From positions 62,001-126,000 of the forward strand of contig OW569369.1 in the NCBI GenBank assembly GCA_937625935.1: DNA of 64,000 nt, written 5' to 3'. This document shows positions 33,343 through 43,230 of this stretch, one piece after another. The DNA is from Tetramitus jugosus (lineage: Eukaryota > Protista > Heterolobosea). The notes under the pieces were generated by a model. The model saw only the letters and a list, made by a program, of their open reading frames with translations, had not been told where the DNA came from and did not search any database. Position 1 is the first letter of the stretch, and each line of letters opens with the position of its first letter. A program made the position numbers and the translations under genes.

Positions 33343-33615
33343 AATGAAACATCTATCAAATTTTTGGCTCTGCTCGATAATAATATTCCAACAGCTCCCT
33401 TTTTGTTCAAATCTACGGATTTTTATGCGGTGAAAAATGGAACGGTAACCTCCTGTCTGCCTCAATTTTATGGCCGAGCCCAATCAGAAAGTAACAACGT
33501 TGGCCATAGTCTATTCGAAGGTGAGAGCATTTGCAAGCAACTACAACCTTCTTCAAACTTATAGTATCTAGATTGCACCTAAAACAAGTGTCAAACTTAC
33601 TACTTGAACGAAAAC

Positions 33616-34515
33616 ATGTCTTGTTTCTGCCGTAGACCCAACAGTCTATCACCTCACATATTTCGCAAGATTGAAACACTAGAGAAACAAATATCTGCCA
33701 TCTTTTCTAATGGAGTAATCGACTTATTCGTGGTCAAAGTGATGAGACCTTCGACGCAAAGTAATCAAACAGAGGTACAATTAATATACCGAACAAACAT
33801 GGACTCATTACCGACAAAGTCTGAGGGCAGCAACACGGAGGAAGCCCGATTAATAAATCAAATTATGAGCGCTGCTCAGAGTTTTGGTAAGTCATATTCA
33901 TAGTGCTCTGGGATGATAGTTAGTAATCCCCGATTAACACTAATCCAACCTCCTACAGCTTCGGATTTCAAATCAGGATTTAAGTATGATAAACTACATA
34001 TCAAAGGCAACAAATGCATGTTTTCCTTATACTCTCTGTCTAGTCCATCATCCATACCTCTCGACGGTAGCTACTCACCTGTAACTTCTAACACAATCAG
34101 CGATACCAGTGATAGTTGCAGCAATGATGCTCTAACGAGTCCACAATCCGACCATTCGAAAGACGTGCGACCAGAACCACTCTTGAAAGAATCGTCAAAA
34201 CCCAATCTCACAATCTCAATTATTGATATTCTAGATGAGACATCCGATCTTCGTCAACACAAGAATAAGGATTATCATACGAATGTAGCAACACCATTGA
34301 CCAAACACAATGAAAATACGAATCAAAACAATGACGTTCATAATCCGGGCAGTAATCACAATTCTAGTAACTCTCAGTTACTGATACAACGGAAAGATTA
34401 CATTATTGCATTTTACTTGCACGGTAATGTGATACAGATCGATTGCAATGCATGTGATAAACAGATGCATGGTATCATTTTAGATTTTGCTCACCTGTTG
34501 CAGAATGTCAAATAA
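33616..34515 (+). CDS. Hypothetical protein; intron 33887-33958
   Basis: A GTAAGT...CTACAG intron joins ORFs 33604-33903 and 33913-34515 in frame. AATAAA follows the stop. Confidence 0.65.
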
Positions 34516-34708
34516 CAATCTTGAATAAAAGCCGATTGAACACAATACAATCAACCGATTGAATCTGACTTGTTCTTTGACTGACAGATTGGCTACAGAA
34601 ACAACAAGTCAACAGAGAAAAAGAATGATGTATAATAGACATGATGACCCTGTCTTGGTTTTTATTTTATATAATACTGTCTGTCGATTCCTCTCCACCA
34701 CATATTTA

Positions 34709-35473
34709 TTATTGTTCCTTATTGTTCTTGTGATTTGTGTTTTGCAAGTTCAAGAATCGTTCGACTCTCCTCTGATTCTTCTCCTGCAAATCAAAGAAGG
34801 TATTGTCTTCTCCCTGATCCTCATCATAAAAATCACCCATTGTTCTCATCTCCTCCGTACTCTTGATAATATTCTTGTAGTTGCCCCTCATGATCAAATA
34901 CTCTTGAATGGCAGGTTGACTCGTAATCAACATGACTGCGAACGGAAACAGCAGATACATGAAAAACTTTGCAAATTCTCTGCCGACACGATATTTCATT
35001 TTGGGTATCCATGTCTTGTTGAGCACACGCTGTCCAATCATTTCCTCTTGACCCGTTGTGTTGACAAATTGACGATGAAATCTCTCTGTGTGCGTATTGA
35101 ATGGTGACTCTGTTTCATGGATTGATGCTGAAGATGATGCTGTAGTTGATGCTGTTTTTGCTGTTGTTGATTTGGAAAAGGTGTTTGCAGTGGTAGCAGT
35201 AGCAGCAGTAGCAGTAGATGTAGAAGAATGCATGTTGTCAAGTCCTTCAAATAATGGAATCTTCTGATGACTATTATTATTGTTATTGTTGTTGTTATTG
35301 CTGTTACTTTGATTGGATGTTGTGGAAGTAGAGAACTGGGATTGTACATTTTGAATTTGTTGCTTGGTCGAGTTGACATATTCTCCATAACTCACCGATT
35401 TACCATTGTTGGTGTTGTTTGCAACATGCGTGGAGGATGATGATTGTTCTGTTGTTGTCATTGTAGTTTGCAT
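34709..35473 (-). CDS. Single-pass membrane protein with a PET100-like (cytochrome c oxidase assembly) segment after a low-complexity N-terminus
   Basis: REFAKFFMYLLFPFAVMLITSQP resembles the PET100 consensus LExxKFxxYxxFP (recognised by eye). Confidence 0.5.
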   Translation of the reverse strand: MQTTMTTTEQSSSSTHVANNTNNGKSVSYGEYVNSTKQQIQNVQSQFSTSTTSNQSNSNNNNNNNNNSHQKIPLFEGLDNMHSSTSTATAATATTANTFSKSTTAKTASTTASSSASIHETESPFNTHTERFHRQFVNTTGQEEMIGQRVLNKTWIPKMKYRVGREFAKFFMYLLFPFAVMLITSQPAIQEYLIMRGNYKNIIKSTEEMRTMGDFYDEDQGEDNTFFDLQEKNQRRVERFLNLQNTNHKNNKEQ

Positions 35474-35688
35474 GCATCAAACAACTGGTGCGCTCACTTC
35501 TGATGATTTGTTTTTCCCTTGATAAAAGTTCAAGTCCGACCCAGAGTGAATTTCACCGCCTGCACTCTTTGAACATTCAAGCAATGATTTGAATGTTTTT
35601 ATTTTCACACAGTTGCATACAACAACACTAATTCTCTCAAAACAACAACCATCAATCACTCAAACAAACAAATAGAGAGAGAAAAAAC

Positions 35689-37272
35689 ATGGGTCACGTC
35701 AAATTCGGAGCCAAGGGTGTCACCCCTTCATCATCAACCACTTCCACCACCATCAACAATAAACGTCCCAGAGAAGATGAAACAACAACTAATAATACTA
35801 CTGCTGATGACGCACCACTGGATAAAAAATTGAAAACAGTTCTCAAATTCAAAGAACTGCCCAACATGAATCCTCACTTGTTGGACGCCATTGAAAAAAT
35901 ATTTGGATTCGAAACCATGACGGGCATTCAACAACAAGCCATTCCATTGGCACTAGAGAACACACAGGTCGATATCATTGCCAATGCAAAGACTGGTTCA
36001 GGAAAGACTCTTGCCTTTCTCATTCCCATTCTCAATTACCTGTTGGAGAATCGATTCAAGGCCACTGATGGACTAGGTGCACTCATTTTGGCACCCACCA
36101 GAGAATTGGCCATTCAAATTCATCAAGTGGCTGAAAAGATTGTGAATCACTTGGCCAATCACAGCACCATCAAGTACGCATGCATCATGGGTGGTAGCAG
36201 TAAGCAAGCAGAGGCCAAAGAGTTGAAATCAGGTGTCAATCTCATTGTGGCGACACCTGGTCGATTGTTGGATCATTTGCAAACGACTACTCCATTCAAG
36301 ATTGACAAGTGTGTGTATTGGGTGTTGGATGAGGCAGACATGTTGATTGATGTTGGATTTGAACAGGCCATTCGACGCATTGGCTCACTGTTGCCCAACA
36401 AGGACACGCGAACCACTTTTCTCTTTAGTGCGACACTGACGCAAAAAGTGGATGACTTGGTGGCTATTTCCCTGCGAAAAAACACTGTACGAGTCGGTTT
36501 CTCCGATGAGAAGAATGTCAGCACGTTGGAACAATTGTACTTGGAGGTGCGCACCGATCGAAAGTATGCCACTCTTGTTCAATTGTTGAGAAAGAATGCA
36601 GACAAGAAGATTATTGTGTTTTGTAGCATCAAGTTGGCAGTCGAGTATGTGAGTTACATGTTGGACGGTTATGGCATGAAGAATATTGCACTTCATGGCA
36701 ACATGTCTCAAGAGAAGCGAACCAGCACTTTCCAAGAATTTATGAACATGAAGGAAGCAGGAATCATGATTGCGACCGATGTGGCTGCACGTGGTCTCGA
36801 TTTCCCCAATGTCGATCTCATTATTCAAGTCGATATCCCGGAGCAGATTGCCAACTATTTCCATCGTGTCGGTAGAACGGCACGTGGTGGTAAATCTGGT
36901 GTGGCACTGTTGATGTTGACAGAGACGGAAACAGAGGTGTGCTTGCCAACGTTTAACAATTATTTTGCCGGTTTGGAAGAAGAGCCAACCATGGAACCAA
37001 CCAAGAAGACTCTGTCGCCGTACGAGATTACACTGGACACGAAACAGTTGGAGGCTGATCATGCTCAGTTGCAACAATGGGTGCAAACTGATTCTTACAT
37101 GAGAAGCAATGCACCAAAGATTGCCAACACTCTGGCCAATGTGTTCCGCATGTACTTTAGAAAGTATGGATTCAAGCACAACCAGTTTGATGAGAATGCA
37201 GTCAAGGCTGGTGTTGGTATGAATATGGGACGTGGTGGTGGTTATGGTGGCGGTGGCAAAGGCAGACGATAA
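35689..37272 (+). CDS. DEAD-box RNA helicase, HAS1/DDX18-like
   Basis: AKTGSGKTLAFLIP, PTRELA, GVNLIVATPGRLLDHLQ, DEAD, SAT, TDVAARGLD and HRVGRTARG. Confidence 0.9.
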   Translation: MGHVKFGAKGVTPSSSTTSTTINNKRPREDETTTNNTTADDAPLDKKLKTVLKFKELPNMNPHLLDAIEKIFGFETMTGIQQQAIPLALENTQVDIIANAKTGSGKTLAFLIPILNYLLENRFKATDGLGALILAPTRELAIQIHQVAEKIVNHLANHSTIKYACIMGGSSKQAEAKELKSGVNLIVATPGRLLDHLQTTTPFKIDKCVYWVLDEADMLIDVGFEQAIRRIGSLLPNKDTRTTFLFSATLTQKVDDLVAISLRKNTVRVGFSDEKNVSTLEQLYLEVRTDRKYATLVQLLRKNADKKIIVFCSIKLAVEYVSYMLDGYGMKNIALHGNMSQEKRTSTFQEFMNMKEAGIMIATDVAARGLDFPNVDLIIQVDIPEQIANYFHRVGRTARGGKSGVALLMLTETETEVCLPTFNNYFAGLEEEPTMEPTKKTLSPYEITLDTKQLEADHAQLQQWVQTDSYMRSNAPKIANTLANVFRMYFRKYGFKHNQFDENAVKAGVGMNMGRGGGYGGGGKGRR

Positions 37273-37429
37273 TTGCCTGGAATAAATTTTTTTTTAGACA
37301 CAATACTTCTTTGGTTGAATAGAATTTATTAATTTGTTGTTGATGATCAATAGATTTAGTTGTATGTACGTTGAGTAAAGTGTGGTCGGGTGTGCAAGTC
37401 CTAGAACTGTATCACCTCCACAATTGAAC

Positions 37430-39859
37430 TCATGAAGTGTAAGTGAACGAGTTGACTGTGCTAGAGTCCGAAGTGATACAGGTCTTGGACTTGTCGACAC
37501 TAACCGTAACAGACACAGTGTTAGTCACTGTGATGGCACTCGCAGGTGCCTCGCAAATGATAAAGTGCAAATCGTGAACACAGGCATAGACACGAGCCGA
37601 TATGTTTCCAAAGTTGACTGTGACTGATTTGGGCTTCAATCCCTGTGGCATGTTCTTCACATAGATTCTCACCAGTTCATTGCCTCGAATGTTGCAACTG
37701 TTTGGTCTCAGTTGGGTAATGTAGGGAACAGCAGCAGATTTCTCCTTCTTGTTGGACCGTTTCTGATCTCCTCTGTCTGTAATGGTATGGAACGCAAATG
37801 TCTCTACATTGGCCAACTCCTTGTGATCAGATGCACTTCGGAGCACAAAGTTGAGATTGAACGGTTTTCTACCATAGAAATGAGTAGACTTTTCCAAAAT
37901 CAACTCTGTGAATGTGACTTGATTCTCTGCGGGTGATACCTTGTGCGTCTTGAGAATCTCCACTGAATTCTTGACCGAGAATGAACTCTCACGTTCATAT
38001 GCCATCAATGAACACTCCAAAATCAATTCACTGTTCATGTAGTCGACATGATGTGGGATGCAGCTTCTGTTGATGGCAATCACATGTCTAGGCAATGGTT
38101 TCTTGTTTCCCTTGCCACCAGGTTGCCTGTCTGATGAGTTGGCATCCAAATCACCACCACTATTATTATTGCTATTATTGTTGCTGCTAGGTGATGGTGC
38201 ATTTGCCTTCAGGTTCAATCCTTCAATAATAGTGAGAACAGCAGAGGATGAGGATGGAGATTCACCTCCATGACCACCATTGCTACTACTAGTACTAGTA
38301 CTACTATTGTTGTTATGATGACCATGATGATCAGCAGTGTGATGAGTGTTGTGAGAAGAGGATGGTGGTGATGACGCGTGATGACTCGGTGGATGATGAT
38401 GATGATGATTGCCACTAGGTAAGTGAATGGTCAACTCTGTGGATGATGATTTATGATGATGTTGCTGTTGTGATTGTGGATGATGATGATGATGATGTGA
38501 TGAATGAGAGTGAGGATGATGTGATGAGGAAACAGAGTGAGGAGGAGCATGTGAGTGAGAATGATGATGATGAGGATGATGAGAGTGGTGAGAGTGGTGA
38601 GAATGGTGAGAATGATGATGATGATCATTGTTCATGAATGAGGAAGGAGGTGGTGGTGGCGTACTCAAATCACTCAAATTAAAGTGTGGAGGTAAAAAGT
38701 TGGGAGTAGGGAATCCATTCAAATAAGCATTGGTACTGTTGTTGTTGTTGTTGCTACCGCTACCACTGTTGTTACCATTTGCACCACTACCAGTACCATT
38801 GTTGTTGTTGCTGTTGTTGTGATGATGATGGTGATGACTGTGAGAAGAAGATGAAGTAGAAGGAGAACCGAGCATACTCACAGGTGGAGTATTCAAATCA
38901 ATCAATGGACTGGGGAATGGGAACTTGAGACCACTACCACCACTGCCATTGTTATTATTGTTACCACCACCACCATGATTGTTATTACCACCAAATAGAG
39001 GGGTACCAAATGAAGTAGATGAAGATAGCCATTGTGGAGTATCCAATGGATGATGACTCATGATTGGAGTATTACCACTACCACCACTACCACCACTGCC
39101 ACTACCATTGTTACTGTTCGCTGAACTGCTGCTACTGCTGCTACTGGTGATAAAAGTAGTAGGAGTGGATGCAGTAGGTGTAGAGGGATGGAATGGAGGG
39201 TGATGTGAGGATGATGAAGACGGTTGTTGTTGTTGTTGAGACTGTGAACCATGATCCAATTTCAACTTTTTCTCAATAGGTGTAAAACTAGTCAACAGAC
39301 CAGAGTTGTGGTGATTGTGTGGATGACGATTACTGCTGCTGCTGCTACTGCTAGATGACAAGAATGGACTTGATTTGAACAGTGGTGAGATGCTGTTGGG
39401 CGTGTCAATCAATGAGGATTGAGTCAAATTGGTACTTCCGTCACCCACGTCATTCTCATCTTCTCCACCAACACCACTACCACTACTACCATTGTTGGAG
39501 TGATGATGTTGTTGTTGAGAGGAGGATGAAGAGGAGGATTGCAATGGGTCGAAACTGGACAAGAATTCCTCCACAGAGCGCTTCTTGGAATCTCTGACTG
39601 CTTTTTTTTGGTAGGGAGCACGAGGAGCTCCACCTCCACTCGCATGGGAACTTCTGACCAACTTTTGACGAGTGGTGGTGGTAGTGCCTTCACTCATGAC
39701 TTGTGTTGATGAAGATGGAAGGACAAGTTCATTACTACTACTACTACTGTGACCACTCTCTTGAGAAGGAGAAGCAGTAGTGGGTGAATGATGGTGTTCA
39801 CTACTTTCACTATCAGTGGAGGGGCTCTTGTTGTTGTTGTTGTCGTTGTGGTTCAACAT
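37430..39859 (-). CDS. Putative transcription factor: long S/H/N-rich region, a beta-rich domain and a C-terminal IPT/TIG domain
   Basis: The C-terminus PYITQLRPNSCNIRGNELVRIYVKN...VTVNFG...IICEAPA...VSVTVS...FTY is a typical IPT/TIG domain. It is preceded by a beta-strand-rich domain and a basic KRSNKKEK linker. Confidence 0.7.
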   Translation of the reverse strand: MLNHNDNNNNKSPSTDSESSEHHHSPTTASPSQESGHSSSSSNELVLPSSSTQVMSEGTTTTTRQKLVRSSHASGGGAPRAPYQKKAVRDSKKRSVEEFLSSFDPLQSSSSSSSQQQHHHSNNGSSGSGVGGEDENDVGDGSTNLTQSSLIDTPNSISPLFKSSPFLSSSSSSSSSNRHPHNHHNSGLLTSFTPIEKKLKLDHGSQSQQQQQPSSSSSHHPPFHPSTPTASTPTTFITSSSSSSSSANSNNGSGSGGSGGSGNTPIMSHHPLDTPQWLSSSTSFGTPLFGGNNNHGGGGNNNNNGSGGSGLKFPFPSPLIDLNTPPVSMLGSPSTSSSSHSHHHHHHNNSNNNNGTGSGANGNNSGSGSNNNNNSTNAYLNGFPTPNFLPPHFNLSDLSTPPPPPSSFMNNDHHHHSHHSHHSHHSHHPHHHHSHSHAPPHSVSSSHHPHSHSSHHHHHHPQSQQQHHHKSSSTELTIHLPSGNHHHHHPPSHHASSPPSSSHNTHHTADHHGHHNNNSSTSTSSSNGGHGGESPSSSSAVLTIIEGLNLKANAPSPSSNNNSNNNSGGDLDANSSDRQPGGKGNKKPLPRHVIAINRSCIPHHVDYMNSELILECSLMAYERESSFSVKNSVEILKTHKVSPAENQVTFTELILEKSTHFYGRKPFNLNFVLRSASDHKELANVETFAFHTITDRGDQKRSNKKEKSAAVPYITQLRPNSCNIRGNELVRIYVKNMPQGLKPKSVTVNFGNISARVYACVHDLHFIICEAPASAITVTNTVSVTVSVDKSKTCITSDSSTVNSFTYTS

Positions 39860-40189
39860 GTTGAGAGAAACAAAGGGGAAGAGAGAGACAAACACACACA
39901 CGAGAGAGATGGCCTCAAAAAATACTGTGTTCTTGTTCGGTATGAAGAGAAGTCACACACCTCAAAAAAAAACAACCGATGCAAATAAACAACGGAAAAA
40001 ATTTTCTCGGACCTCGAGAAACACCGCCATGGTTTTTACCTGCAAAACTGCATGGAGTTATTCATGCGGGTGTGCGTTTCACACGTGTTCAAAAGTGATT
40101 GCGGTATGAGGATTTTGGTTGTATTCTTTTATTGAGTGCGATTGGAATAATAATTCAGGGTGCTGTTTCTCGAGAGAATCAATTTATTA

Positions 40190-41752
40190 TTACTCGACGA
40201 CACATACACAAACTGTAATGTCATCAGGTTTACCACCGGGGAAATCGAGTCCGTGCAGAGCACTGTACTTCTGGAATGGAGTTTCAATGTGTGTGGATCG
40301 TGACACGAGAACTGCCCGATGAAGAATATCATGAGCAATCGCTTGAGCCACGTCCTTTAGTTCCATTGAAGTCTTTGACTGATCATTTTTCTTCTCTTCT
40401 TCTTCCGTACTGTCACTCTTCTCCTCGTCAACATCATCATTTTCCTTCTTGGTCTCAACTACTTGATTCATTCGATTGAGTACGATGCGTGCCACTTCTT
40501 CATCAAAGACATTGTCAGTGAGACCATCACTGGCCACAATAATGACATCATTGGACAGAATGGTGAGTGATTCAATCATTTCATCAGCCATGTTGGGATG
40601 ATCCTGTAAAATGTTTGGAAGTGACTCTCTGGGCGCACTGAGTTGATACGGACAATTAAAGTAGTGAGTTTGATCAGTGGATCGATAGAACACTGCGCCA
40701 TCACGAATCACATAAAATGCACTGTCTCCCAAGTTGGCAGACGATAGCTTTAATGCTGCATGTCTCTGTTGTTGTGTGTTGTTTTTGTTGTTGTTGTTGT
40801 TGTTGTTCTTTTGATCAGCAGATGCAGTGTTGCTATTGTCATCATCATCATGATCATCAGCAGCAGCAGCAGAAGATTGATCACTGACGACAACTCCTGC
40901 ATCTTCATCATCAACAACAACAACACCATTAGCAGTGAGTTGAATGTTATGACTGCTAGTGTCATCATCCATCTCTACTACTACTGCTGCTGTTGTTGTT
41001 GCTGTTGTTGCTGAAACATGATCATCATCCAAATAGACTTGATCCAGTGCAACGATACATGCCGTAGCACCACCAATAGACACCTTTTCATTGTCAATAA
41101 TGTCATTGTATGCATGAATCAGAGCTTGTTTGGGAGTCATTAGACTATTATTATTACACACTAACGATGCTGATGATAATTGTTGTTTGGAAATGTCCAT
41201 GAGTGCCCATGCCATCTCAGATGGATCCACTCTCTTTCCATTCAATACCCATCTAGAGTATCCACCAACACCATCAGATACACCCATTGACATGATTCTT
41301 CTTCTCTTGATAGGACGAGTGTGATTGTTGTTGTTGTTTGATTGTTCATTTTCATCATTTTCATCATCATCACCACCATGATAATGATTGATGAAAAAGG
41401 CATCTTCACCACAGTCAATTTGTGAAGAAGAGCGGTTGGGATTGGGAAACTTGGCCAAGTAGGCAGCACTCGTGTATACTCTAGGTTTCTTGTTGTTGCT
41501 GCGCTTCTTTTGTGGTAGAGTGGTCTTTGTTTGTTGTTGTGAGGATGAGCTGTTTGAAGTGAGCAAGGCTGTAGTCATGAATGGATCATTGTCAGAAAAG
41601 AGTGAAGAAAAGGGTCTCTTGTTGTTGCGATTGTTGTTGAATGGAAGTGAATTCAATAGAGGATTGAAGAGTAATTGTTGAGTGGTGGTGTGGAAGCCAA
41701 TTTGTTGGTCAACAATTGTTGTTTGTTCTTGTTGTTGTTGGGTGAGCAGCAT
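40190..41752 (-). CDS. PTC7: PP2C-family phosphatase, PTC7 type
   Basis: GEDAFF, GVSDGVGG, GGATACI, ANLGDS, QTHYFNCPYQL, ASDGLTDN and GGKPDDITV. Confidence 0.88.
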   Translation of the reverse strand: MLLTQQQQEQTTIVDQQIGFHTTTQQLLFNPLLNSLPFNNNRNNKRPFSSLFSDNDPFMTTALLTSNSSSSQQQTKTTLPQKKRSNNKKPRVYTSAAYLAKFPNPNRSSSQIDCGEDAFFINHYHGGDDDENDENEQSNNNNNHTRPIKRRRIMSMGVSDGVGGYSRWVLNGKRVDPSEMAWALMDISKQQLSSASLVCNNNSLMTPKQALIHAYNDIIDNEKVSIGGATACIVALDQVYLDDDHVSATTATTTAAVVVEMDDDTSSHNIQLTANGVVVVDDEDAGVVVSDQSSAAAADDHDDDDNSNTASADQKNNNNNNNKNNTQQQRHAALKLSSANLGDSAFYVIRDGAVFYRSTDQTHYFNCPYQLSAPRESLPNILQDHPNMADEMIESLTILSNDVIIVASDGLTDNVFDEEVARIVLNRMNQVVETKKENDDVDEEKSDSTEEEEKKNDQSKTSMELKDVAQAIAHDILHRAVLVSRSTHIETPFQKYSALHGLDFPGGKPDDITVCVCVVE

Positions 41753-41928
41753 TTTGTTTGTTGTGCGAGTTGCGTGTTGTGTTGTTTGTTTTTTTTGTCT
41801 ATTGCGCGAAAAGCTTTTTCGTTTAAATTCAAGCTTTTTGTGTCTGCAGTTGTTCAAAAAACGATGCTTGCAGTTCTAAAACACGCGGGAGGAATCCACT
41901 TATTTTTAGAGTTCAGCGGAAATCGAAC

Positions 41929-42785
41929 TCAAATAATTCCGAGATTGAACGTCCAGTTTGATATGGGATGTTTCTGTCGCTAATCTTGAACGTTCAATTC
42001 CGTGTTAAAACCATTTGGCCGTAAAACTCTACGTTCAGTGATACTCTCCAGACTCATGAAGTACCGCTGCTGTCGTTGCATCCACCTGAAAACTCATAGA
42101 TTATGAGCAACCCATGATGTTTCCAGAGCTTTCTCCAAGTTGACAGGTACTCTCTTACCATAAGTGAATCTCTGCATTCTCAAGCTTTACTCTGAGCACA
42201 CAGTACTTGCAGTTCGTAAGTCTAACGCAATGCATTGATAATGGGAAAGCGACGACTCAAATAAATTATGCTTGGACTGTCCTGTCCATGTAGACTGAGT
42301 CCAGTATCATTGAAGCGGAACGACTAACTTGGAGCTCGCTTACATCTTGGGTCAATATAGCAGATAATGTGTCCATCAAGATGTTTTCATGCTCTTCTGA
42401 TCCATTATTCATGCGATACTTTAGTAGAGGGGTACTCGTATTACCAGTGCATCTCCCTATCAGTGCGACATCAACCTCACTGCTAGACTTCGCACTGATT
42501 TGAAGCGCTCCTGAATTGCTCTCCATGTTCAAGGTTAAAGGAGAGTGCCTTTCACTTGTTACGAAAGACCACGCGTCTGTCGAATTAAAAGATATCCAGG
42601 TTCTCCCACGACATAAATGGATAATTTACCAATTATCTACTAAAGACATATATTAATTCGAAATTTAATTTTCAGTTAAAAATAAATCTATTATCACAGT
42701 AAACTAATAGCTTAATATTCAGTTTAACATTATTATATAGCACCTTATTCTTTTACTTGTATACAGTTCGTCAAATAATTCCGAG
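41929..42785. mobile_element. Candidate 827-bp insertion (41944-42770) flanked by 15-bp direct repeats
   Basis: TCAAATAATTCCGAG occurs at 41929-41943 and 42771-42785. The interior has a broken minus-strand frame and an AT-rich end. Confidence 0.45.
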
Positions 42786-43230
42786 TAGAATGAGATGAAT
42801 TGGCGTTTGAGATCGTAGGCGGCTCTATATTTTGCAGTTGTTTAAAAGGATATTGAAACTAATTCAAGCTTTTCTTTAAGTTCTTAGAAAGAACATCATT
42901 CTGAGCATGCATCACACACAATCATCAATCCACAATCGTTTACAATTCGTCTCATACAAAAATCGAATCAAATCTTGATACTCAACAGATACACCCACCA
43001 GTTCAATACCATGCAAATAGTGATGCACTCGAGAGAACATGGACGATGAGTGAAGCAGATGAATGAGAGGAATCAATGGTGAGACATCTCATTTGCCAAA
43101 GCTCAGGTTCAAAAATGCACTGACATAGCAATGAATCAGTTTTACTAATCGTGTGAAAGAGATCGTCCAAACACCAAGATTCATCATATCATCCAAAATG
43201 CATGAAATCCTTTATTGTTGATCTTTAATG

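Noticed and set aside
36385-37179. 264-aa antisense ORF, and the many other nested or antisense ORFs in the track
   Set aside because: These are shadows of well-supported genes on the opposite strand or another frame, and show no independent motifs.
38200-39800. Repeat arrays that might suggest CRISPR or satellite DNA
   Set aside because: They are imperfect trinucleotide microsatellites encoding His/Ser/Asn tracts, with no repeat-spacer structure.
43040-43169. 8-bp inverted repeat TGGACGAT/ATCGTCCA as a snoRNA terminal stem
   Set aside because: There are no properly placed C/D or H/ACA boxes, and the match is short enough to be chance.
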